Source: an uncultured Verrucomicrobiae bacterium (GTDB lineage: Bacteria > Verrucomicrobiota > Verrucomicrobiia > Chthoniobacterales > UBA10450). From it: a stretch of 64,000 bases of DNA. Below are positions 33,062 to 42,236 of this stretch, piece by piece (the first letter of the stretch is position 1; every line of letters begins with the position of its first letter). The stretch lies in NCBI GenBank assembly GCA_963801815.1, contig CAWDGJ010000003.1, forward strand, positions 1 to 64,000, written 5' to 3'. The position numbers and the translations under genes were made by a program. The notes below the pieces were generated by a model that worked only from the letters and a program-made list of their open reading frames with translations, did not search any database and was not told where the DNA came from.

Positions 33062-33601
33062 CTAAACGCGATCGCGACTTCCTGAGTCTCGCTCTGGTGA
33101 AAAACTGGCAGCGGCGGTGCGGTTCTCGACACCGAGTTTTGGATAAATGTGCTCGAGATGTTTGCCGACGGTCGCCGGTCGAATTCCGAGAATGGCCGCG
33201 ATATCCGCGTTTGTTTTTCCGCGTCCGAGCCAGGTGAGCACTTCAAGTTCGCGCGCAGTGAGCGCCCCGTGCCGGCGCGGCCAGTTTGAATCGGATGCAT
33301 CGATCTTCTCGAGCAGAAGATGGATTGTCTTGAGACCGTAGCTGGTCTGGCGCTTCACGTACAGTCGCGTCTTTCCTTGTCGGACAACGAACGGGCTATC
33401 GCTGCGCGATCGATTGTGCAGCCACTTACGGAGCTCGGCTGGCAAATTGCCATTGTTGCTCGGCTCAAAAAATTCGGTGAGCCACCTGCCCGCCGGACCA
33501 CCTGCAAACTGGATCGCGCCGGTGGAGCTCGCCAGTACCGATCGCTCTGCGACGATTAGAGGCTTTGCGTTGGAGGGTGGGGGAACGCACAACAACAACA
33601 C
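33062..33601 (-). CDS. LuxR-type HTH transcriptional regulator (N-terminus short or truncated)
   Basis: LTARELEVLTWLGRGKTNADIAAILGIRPATVGKHLEHIYPKLGVENRTAAA. Confidence 0.85.
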   Translation of the reverse strand: MLLLCVPPPSNAKPLIVAERSVLASSTGAIQFAGGPAGRWLTEFFEPSNNGNLPAELRKWLHNRSRSDSPFVVRQGKTRLYVKRQTSYGLKTIHLLLEKIDASDSNWPRRHGALTARELEVLTWLGRGKTNADIAAILGIRPATVGKHLEHIYPKLGVENRTAAASFSPERDSGSRDRV

Positions 33602-33731
33602 TGCAGCTAAGTAATACTCTATCTTACAAACGAGTTTTTAAAAGATTTCGCAAGAAAAAATTTGCAAACTGACATTCGCGTACGGCGTTCGCCGTATATA
33701 CGACGAACCAGCATCTGTCGAAGATGTCGCC

Positions 33732-36700
33732 ATGCGTTCTCCCCAGAACTTATTTCTATTTGTCACGTTTCGAATCTTGCGTCACTCGCTGCGATTCAGC
33801 GCCAGTGGGTTTCGCATCTTCAATTTCTCTGAAACACTCAGTCCGGTCTTCATGGCCGCGATTGCAGTGATATTTTCGTACACGGCGAGAGGTGATGTCC
33901 CGATTACCGCGTATCTCTCTCCCGAACCTGTTGGTCCATGCCCTTTAGCGTGTCAGTGCGATGGAAATTTCGACAGCGTCGTTTGGGATCAGTTGGAAGT
34001 CCGCGTTGGCCGTGGTTTCGCGCCTGGATTGTATGGCGTTCGATACCGCTACTATAACAGTGCGGGATTGTTAGGCTGGACCGGTAACATCAACGTCAGC
34101 ATGCGTGCGGACGGCAGTTTTACTGCAGGCCCCGAATTCGATTGGCCGGCCTTGTACGGCGGTTACGCGCGCTATCCCGGGCAAGGTTGGGACACGAATG
34201 GCGGACCGAGCCCGTTCTCGGTTGATGGCGATTTAATACGCATTAGTGCGACCGTTTGTGGTGGAAATGCGCAGCTGTTGCACGGGCGCGTTAACATCCA
34301 AATCGGAACTCCTTCAAGTGAGCATCAAAAACGTAACGATGTAAAACGCGGCGGAGATCAATGCTCAGGGTCTGGGGACGGGATTTCTCCATCGGCGCCG
34401 ATGGCCCGTTACAGTGCTCATGCGATGTCCGCGAGTCTCAACGTAGAAGACACTCCCTTTCGCTACGCTCCTCCTCGCGGCCCGCCAATCGATTTCATCG
34501 TTACCTACAATCAACGCGATGCTGCGCCATTCCATGGGATTTCTTATTCGAATCTTGGGCCACGATGGAGTTGTAACTGGCTTTCTTATATAAGCGACGA
34601 TCCAACGGACCCGTCTGCAAGCGCAATAGTCTTTGTTCCAGGTGGCGGGACTGAAGTCTATTCCGGCTTTGATTCGGGGACTCAAAGTTATTCGCCAGAC
34701 CTACAGAGCCAGGCGGTCCTGGTTCGGATTTCCCCTACGAGTTATGAGAAGCATCTATCCGATGGCTCGAAACTGGTCTATTCGCAGAGCGACGGCGCAA
34801 CGATTTACCCGCGGACGATCTTTATGACGCAGGTTGTTGATCCTGCCGGCAACGCCGCGACGATTAGCTTCGATGCGAACTTTCGAGTTATTGCGATCAG
34901 CGATGCTTTAGGACAGGTCACGACTGTGTCGTACGAACTTCCCGACGACCCACTGAGGATTACCAAGGTCGCAGAACCATTTCCAGCCGGACGGTCCGCG
35001 CAGTTTACATATGCGAATGGTCAACTTGCCACAATCACCGATGAAATCGGAATTCAGTCACAATTGCACTACGCGCCGGGGACCGATTTCATTGATTCGA
35101 TAACGACTCCGTATGGCACGAGTCGTTTTGCCACCGGTGCAGCCGGAAGTAACAAATGGATCGAAATGACCGACCCGCTCGGTGGCAAAGAGCGCGGTAG
35201 AGTACCGAGATGGTGCGTCAGGCGTTAATGCTAGCGATCCTTCGACCACGGTGCCTGCCGGCTTCACAAATTCGAACCTCGACGTAGCCAACACGTTTTA
35301 CTGGAGTAAGAAGGCGATCGAAATGTTTCCGCCGGTAAACGGCGTTTACGACTACACGAAGGCAGAAGTCATTCATTGGTTGAAAGATTCCGATGGGCTG
35401 CTGGCCGGCATAATCGCAAGTGAAAAACCGCCGCTCGAGAACCGCCTATGGTACGCCTACGCCGGCCAGTCTGATACGAACCATACGGGTGCGATGGGTC
35501 AGCCAGCAAAGATTGCGCGCATCCTCGGCGACGGCACTACGCAGAGTTCACAGTACGAATATAACAGTCTGGGTCACGTCACCAGAACAACGGACCCAGT
35601 CGGACGCGTCTCCACTTTCGTTTACGATACAAACGGCATCGACCTGTTGGAGGTCCGCCAGACAACGGGTGCGGCGAGCGAATTGCTGCGCAGTGTTACT
35701 TACAATTCGCAGCATGAACCACTGACTGACACGGATGCTGCCGGCCAAACCACCCAGTTCACCTATAATAGTTGCGGCCGAATTTTAACTCGTAAGAACG
35801 CCAAGAACGAGACAACCACCTTCGGTTATGGGGACGGCACAGTCGCCCATCCATTAGGATATCTCACTTCAATCACCAGTCCTCCGTTTAACGGTGCTTC
35901 AGCTACGACGACATTCGCTTACGATTCGGCGAACCGCGTTCGAACAGTCACTGATCCCGACTCCTACACAACCGTCACGGATTACGACAACTTGGATCGG
36001 CCAACCCAAATCATTTATCCTGACGGAACGACTCGGCAGTTTCAATACGCCCAGGATTTCGGCCAGGGTGTCATGACCATTCTTGATCTGACCGGTAGCA
36101 AGGATCGTCGCGGTCTCTGGACGACTCGTCATTACAACGGGAGTCGGCAAATGGATTCGATTACCGATCCACTGAATCGAACAACACACTTTGGTTGGTG
36201 TAGCTGCGGCTCGCTGACGAGCATTACGGATCCGAAAAACCAGATCACGACGTTCAATCGAGATCTGCAGGGGCGGGTTTATCAGAAGATTTTCGCAGAC
36301 AACACGGCCATCAATTATCTTTATGATGGACAGACAAGCGCCAATAGCGTCGGCGCGAGCAGCCGCTTGAAATCGTCGACTGACGCGAAGAATCAGCGGA
36401 CGAACTATTCCTACTTTGCCGACGACAATGTTCAGCAAATTGCTTACACGAATACCAGCGGACAATCCCTGAGTCCTCCGACGCCGTCGGTTAGTTTCAC
36501 CTACGATTCAACCTATAACCGGATCAAAACAATGGTCGATGGCACCGGGACGACCATTTATACGTACAATCCGATTACGGCGTCGCCGACGCTCGGAGCT
36601 GGGCAGCTTGGCAGCATCGATGGCCCAATCACGAACGACATCATTACATTCAATTACGACGAGCTCGGCCGCCTAACCGGTCGTTCGATTAACGGAGCTG

Positions 36701-38337
36701 CGAATTCGAGTTCCTGGTCCCTCGACAGCCTCGGTCGCGTGAGTTCGACAGTTAACAAGCTAGGAACATTTACGAACGCTTACGTTGGCATAACGGGTCG
36801 CTTGAGCAAGGTGACCTATCCGGGCGGCATAAGCGTCAATTATTCGTACTTTCCAAATGCACAAGACAAACGGTTACGGGAAATCAAGAATTTAACGCCC
36901 AAGAATGCGCTCATCTCGCAATTCGACTACACCTACGACCAAGAGGGTCAAATTCTTACGTGGACGAACAATTATTCCGGCTTGAATCCTGCTCCCCAAA
37001 GATTCGATTTGAGCTACGATAACGCAGATCAATTGATCGCGGCATCCCTCAAGAACCTTTCGACGAACGGGCTAATTAAGCAGTACACATACGGGTACGA
37101 TTTCGCTGGCAACCGAACGTCGGAACAGGTTGGAACTATTACCACCGCGTCGATACCAAACATCGTCAACGAGTTGACCAGTCAGAACGGTGGAAGCAAT
37201 CGTACCCTGACATATGATCCCAACGGCAACTTGGTTAATGATGGAGCGAAGCGGACGTTCGAATGGGACGCCGCCAACCGCCTTACTGCAGTCAATTATA
37301 CCGGCACGAAGAATCGCACCGAGTTCAGCTATGATGGACTGAGTCGAATGTCTAAGATCGTCGAGAAGGCCGGGACGAAGGTCCAATCGACGCAGAAGTT
37401 TGTGTGGTGCGGAATGGAAAGATGCGAATATCGAGATGCCAATGACGCACTCACCCTCTGCATTTATCCTCAGGGCCAATACAAAGGGACAACGCCTTAC
37501 TATTTTACGCGCGATCATCTCGGATCGATACGCGAAATGCTCAAAAGCGACGGCAGCGTCGGCGGCCGTTACGACTACGATCCATACGGAAGATCGACAA
37601 CGGTGAAGACCGCCGTGCCCGACTTCAACTTCACCGGCTTCTATCGCCATTCCAAGAGCAATCTCGATTTTGCCGTCTACCGCGCCTACGATCCAGATCT
37701 CGGTCGATGGCTAAATCGGGATCCAATTGGAGAAAATGGGGGTTTGAAATTGTACGCCTATGCGAACAATAGCGTTACAGGTGCAATTGATCCCGACGGC
37801 TCAGATGTGATCGTGTTATTTGCCTCGCGGGCAGTCAGTGCTTGGGGATGGTTTCCACAAGGCCATATCGCCACTTTAATCGGAAGCAACCAGACCGGCT
37901 GGTATTATTACTCGCGCACTGGCTATGATCGCTGGCCGTGGTTATTTGGGCCAGGTGAGTTCGCCAGAGACTATTTCGGGACTTTCGATCAATTTAAGGC
38001 CAGTAACTACGCGGCGCAGTACACGGATGCATACCATATTATGACGGGGGCAGATCGAGATGCGGCCATGGTCGAGTATGCTGAGGAACACTATAACGAG
38101 CGTTACCACTCGATTATTCCGCAAAGCAATAATTGCGCTGATTTGACGGAAGAAATACTCGCATATGGCGGGATTCCAACACGTGGAAGTAATCAGTACA
38201 ACCTACACATTCCGTTTACATCACAATTCCCTGCACCTTTTGATTTCGGATATGTCGGAAGTCCCGAGGTTCCGAAATTTCTGCTCCAGAACATTATTCG
38301 AACGGGTGCAGGACGTTTATGGCAGGTATCACCGTGA
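33732..38337 (+). CDS. Rhs/YD-repeat polymorphic toxin, apparent frameshift near 35190
   Basis: YD repeats, RDHLGSIRE, YDPYG, RAYDPDLGRWLNRDPIGENGG..Y.Y..N....IDPDG core, then a variable C-terminus. Confidence 0.92.
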
Positions 38338-38371
38338 ACATTGAAATGTTTGGCAGAAACTGGCAACACTT

Positions 38372-38956
38372 ATGGCTGCACTGATTGCGCAATCACATGC
38401 CAGTCGAAGGTGCCTCATCCTTGTAGTCGCCGCGATACTGGTATCGTGTGTGTTGTACGGCTCTGTACGAGTCCTGTGGGTGCTTGGTCGCGCCGGCGTA
38501 GGATTTCCGAATGGATCAAAGAGCGTTGCTGATTCTAGATCTGGCGGTTTCTATCTCGGCACGTATACTCCTACTCGGCGCGTGGTGTCATTGCGTGATG
38601 GCTCGCTGATTCATGTGCCGGATGCATGGATGGAACATGCTTGGAGGCCGCGCCTCACATTGTTTCTTCGGGACCACCGAGTTACCGCGGATGGTTACTA
38701 TCTCTACATTCCAATTTACCCTGATGAGTCCACTGGTTCTAAGACGATTTGGCCATTTAAGTTCGGCCTACGCCTCGATCAGGTCGAGCGACAGATTAGT
38801 CGTTATCCTGGTATATCGTTCAATCCAGAGGAAGGATTCCGGGTATTTTTGGATTCACCATCGGATTCGGTTAAATTCATAGTCGAGCAGAAAGAGCACG
38901 AAAGTGACACAGGGAATCGCGTTGTCGCTACAATCGAATTTAAGCGCGCATTTTAA
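38372..38956 (+). CDS. Candidate Rhs immunity protein with an N-terminal TM
   Basis: Directly downstream of and co-oriented with the Rhs gene. Confidence 0.55.
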   Translation: MAALIAQSHASRRCLILVVAAILVSCVLYGSVRVLWVLGRAGVGFPNGSKSVADSRSGGFYLGTYTPTRRVVSLRDGSLIHVPDAWMEHAWRPRLTLFLRDHRVTADGYYLYIPIYPDESTGSKTIWPFKFGLRLDQVERQISRYPGISFNPEEGFRVFLDSPSDSVKFIVEQKEHESDTGNRVVATIEFKRAF

Positions 38957-39002
38957 ACAACCCACTTAAAACATCGCATAACGTCCGAACTGTCCGTATC
39001 GG

Positions 39003-39410
39003 GTGAAAACGCGTATCGTAATAGTTTTCTGGATTCTTATGCATGGCGCCGACTGGGCCGCCGAGCCGCAGCGCGCGAAGGGACTATCAGTACACATGCT
39101 GCCCTATCGGGTAGCTCAGATGAACGGGCAGAGCGGGGGATTCGTAGTGCGCGATTCCAATGGCGTCGAATCCACATATTCCGACCCGCAACAGCTTATT
39201 GCATTTTTTCAGACGCTGCCTTTGGCGACTCGCGAAAACGGTATTTGGGTTGTGACGACTAATCCTGCCGCCTATTCGGATGTCGAGCGGACGAAGCTGA
39301 AGACGCTCATTTCCCTTTGCCAGGAGAAACAGTTTCCGGTGTTTACTTGTCGAGGCTCCGAACTCCCAAGTGGGTGGAAACAATCAGATGTTCCAGCGGA
39401 TTGGAAATGA
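39003..39410 (+). CDS. Secreted hypothetical protein, possible second immunity protein
   Basis: Signal-like N-terminus; position after the first candidate. Confidence 0.55.
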   Translation: MKTRIVIVFWILMHGADWAAEPQRAKGLSVHMLPYRVAQMNGQSGGFVVRDSNGVESTYSDPQQLIAFFQTLPLATRENGIWVVTTNPAAYSDVERTKLKTLISLCQEKQFPVFTCRGSELPSGWKQSDVPADWK

Positions 39411-39510
39411 TTCCAGTATCGGCGCGGATGATAGACCCGGAGGTCGTAATTAAGAAAACATTCAACATTTGAAGATTTGAATTTTCGTTGTCAGGGATCG
39501 TTCCTCCACG

Positions 39511-39590
39511 ATGGCTCGTGCGCCCCGTATACAGCTTGAAGATGCCCTCTATCACGTCTGCCGCCCGCGGCAATCGGAAAGCACATTGTA
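39511..39590 (+). mobile_element. Relic N-terminus of a REP-associated tyrosine transposase (RAYT/Y1)
   Basis: MARAPRIQLEDALYHV then, after a frameshift, ARGNRK. Confidence 0.7.
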
Positions 39591-39597
39591 AGGCGAC

Positions 39598-39858
39598 TTA
39601 TCGCTTCAACAGCCGCTCATATTGATCGTGCGGCCCAATCCAGACCCACAGAAATCCGTCGGGCACATCTACCGCGATCGCGCGATAGCCGGTTGTTCCG
39701 ATCCGAACCGAATAGGCGTCGCGTACTTTCTTGAAGCGTAGCGCGGATGCGCGCGGATTTTCCTTCCAAAGACGATATGTCCGCTTCGTCGCTTGCCTAA
39801 TCGGCTCTGGCAACTCGCGATACAGCTCCCAGAACTCAGTCGTTCCCGACGATTTCAT
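39598..39858 (-). CDS. RelE/ParE-superfamily toxin
   Basis: FWELYRELP..NPRASALRFKKV..YSVRIG..YRA..W.WIGPHDQYE. Confidence 0.85.
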   Translation of the reverse strand: MKSSGTTEFWELYRELPEPIRQATKRTYRLWKENPRASALRFKKVRDAYSVRIGTTGYRAIAVDVPDGFLWVWIGPHDQYERLLKR

Positions 39859-40057
39859 CCATCGGTTGAGTTTTCCCGCTCGCGTGCTCTTTCCGAGCAC
39901 GTTCGATCAGGTTATCGAGTCGCCCGGACTTCACATCTTCCTCGAACTGCTTGTCCCACAGCGTGTCGAGATGTTCGCGGAGTTCCGCGGCAAGTTGCCA
40001 CGCTTGTTTCGGAGGCAGTTTGCGGATCGCATCTCGAATTTCAGTGACCGTGCTCAT
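39836..40057 (-). CDS. Cognate antitoxin
   Basis: MSTVTEIRDAIRKLP..WDKQFEEDVKSGRLD; overlaps the toxin start. Confidence 0.8.
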   Translation of the reverse strand: MSTVTEIRDAIRKLPPKQAWQLAAELREHLDTLWDKQFEEDVKSGRLDNLIERARKEHASGKTQPMDEIVGND

Positions 40058-40173
40058 TAGCATTAGTTTACAGCAGGAACTGAGTGGATGAAAGAACACA
40101 AGCGGCTTGGCTCTTTCCACTTCGGTTAAACCCACGGCGACAGAGCGCCGTGGGTACAATATTTAGTTCGAAA

Positions 40174-40187
40174 TGTTCACTTGAACA
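40174..40187. promoter_or_regulatory. LexA (SOS) box, Verrucomicrobia type
   Basis: TGTTC-ACTT-GAACA immediately upstream of the imuB-like gene. Confidence 0.85.
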
Positions 40188-40191
40188 TATA

Positions 40192-41386
40192 GTGCGAATT
40201 TACTGTAAAGTTGAGCCCGTGAAGGGCTCCAATCGGGCAAAGACGAAGTCCCAAAGCCCAGGGTCCGACCTATCAAGCGCCGATCACTCAACTCTCAACA
40301 GATGCCAGTCCGGCTCGGACCAACCATCAACTGCCGAAATCTTGGGCATTTTCCACAAGTGGGGAGTCCATACCCTCGGGCAGTTGGCTGCTCTTAATAA
40401 AGAGGAGCTGCGAAACCGGCTCGGCCCGGAAGCCGTCCGACTCTGGGAACGGGCTAACGGCACCGCCACCCGGCTCCTTAAATTGGTTCAGCCGCCGGAA
40501 ACTTTTATCGAAAATTACGAGTTCGATCATGAGATCGAGACCGCTGAGCCATTGCTGTTCATCCTCCGCCGGTTTCTCGAACAACTCGCTCTCCGGTTAA
40601 GCAGCATTTATCTGGTCGCGCGCGAGCTAACCCTCACGATCACATTCGAGGAACAAGGAAACACACAGTCGTGTGTTCAAAATCCCGCAGCCAACGAACG
40701 ACGTCGATCTTCTCTTCCGAATGCTCCAAACGCACCTGGAGAATCCGGCAGCTGCCGGATCCGAACATCCGATCGTTGCCGTCGCGCTCAGCGCGGAACC
40801 GAGCCGGCCGGCGTCGCAACAATTTGGATTGTTCGAGACCGCGCTAAGAAATCCGCATCAGCTTTACGAAACATTGGCTCGATTGGTTGCGCTGGTCGGG
40901 AACGATCGCGTCGGTACACCGGTGATCGAAGAAACGCATCGGCCGGACACGTTTCGAATGGAGCCGTTCGACTGGCGTCGAAATGACGAATGTCGAATAT
41001 CGAATGTCGAAACAAAACCGGCGCTCCGAAGGTTTCGGCCGCCGGCGCGGACGTCGATTTTTATTTCGAATGGACGTTATCTCGGAGAAAAAGCGGGCGA
41101 TTGGGGATACTGCCAGTCCAATGCAAGTGCGGCTCGCACCTCGGACTGGCCCCTACCTGAATGCAGGCGAGACAATGCCAGTCCGGCTCGGACCTGCCGC
41201 CACAGAAGAAGCGACAAAGTCCGCGGACAAATTATCGATCAGGCCGGGCCGTTTCTACTTTCAGGAAATTGGTGGGACGAAAAAGCGTGGGCCCGCGCGG
41301 AGTGGGACATGCAATTGAAGAATGGCGATCTGATTCGCGCTCACGAAAGCGCGGGCGTTTGGGAAATCGACGGGATCTACGACTGA
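40192..41386 (+). CDS. imuB: ImuB-like inactive Y-family polymerase, C-terminal part only, apparent frameshift near 40660
   Basis: WGVHTLGQLAAL, EPLLFILRRFLEQL, QFGLF clamp motif, ETHRPD, GPFLLSGNWWD, GIYD. Confidence 0.8.
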
Positions 41387-41403
41387 GGAAGCGCGCGTGT
41401 GTC

Positions 41404-42099
41404 TTATCGCGAACTTCTGCGCACTTTGGCTCGTGCGTATTCCCTGGTGGTCGCGACTCTCATCGCGGACAATCCCACTAACGCCAGAGCCAAGAATGTT
41501 ATCGTCGCGCCGCTGTCCGGGACATGGATGATATAATCCTGGCCGGGACCTGAGACTGCAATCAGGTTCGCTCCTCTGCCGTTGTAACTGGAGAGACTCT
41601 GAATGAGAGCGCTGGCGCCGTAATCATTGCCCGAGATAGTGAAATTCGAGCCGCCGACAATCTCCCAAATGGCAATTTGCAGACCTGCCGCATCTGCGGC
41701 GCTCATGGTTGGCGAGTAATCCATTGCCCACAACTTGCTAATCTCGTCGGCCTTAACCGCCCCCATGGTGCCGGGAGGCTTGGGAGCATTTGCAAGAGCG
41801 ACAAATTGATACCCCGAAGATGAGCTGAGGCTGAAGTGAAAGGGGTCGATGCAGAAACCGTTGGCTGGTGTTCCATCAACAACGAGTTTGTTTATTCCGG
41901 CATAAACGCCACCGGTATAAAAATTGGTGACCGAAATAGTGACAATTTCATTGGGATCCACACTGAGCTCTTGAACGGTGAACGCTCGTGCTGGAAGGGC
42001 GAACAAAACCAGCAAACCCGCGATTCCTAGGAAACTGCTGAAGACCGATTTGATCGGGGCGTTAACTCTTGGGTTCAAGGGATTTTCTGAGGATTTCAC
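41404..42099 (-). CDS. VPDSG-CTERM protein with a thioester-domain-like FCID...QIAIWE motif
   Basis: Signal peptide; HVPDSGAT followed by TM and basic tail. Confidence 0.85.
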   Translation of the reverse strand: MKSSENPLNPRVNAPIKSVFSSFLGIAGLLVLFALPARAFTVQELSVDPNEIVTISVTNFYTGGVYAGINKLVVDGTPANGFCIDPFHFSLSSSSGYQFVALANAPKPPGTMGAVKADEISKLWAMDYSPTMSAADAAGLQIAIWEIVGGSNFTISGNDYGASALIQSLSSYNGRGANLIAVSGPGQDYIIHVPDSGATITFLALALVGLSAMRVATTREYARAKVRRSSR

Positions 42100-42191
42100 G
42101 ATATCAATCGTAGCAAAATTGCCCCTAAAATGGCAATAGTTTTTTACGTATTCTCAGGCAGATCGTGATCGAAGGTTTTGCCTCGGTGAAA

Positions 42192-42205
42192 TGTTCAATT
42201 GAACA
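42192..42205. promoter_or_regulatory. LexA (SOS) box, Verrucomicrobia type
   Basis: TGTTC-AATT-GAACA about 30 bp upstream of the dnaE2 ATG. Confidence 0.88.
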
Positions 42206-42236
42206 TTGCCTGCATTTTGCCCTAAATTGCTCGTAG

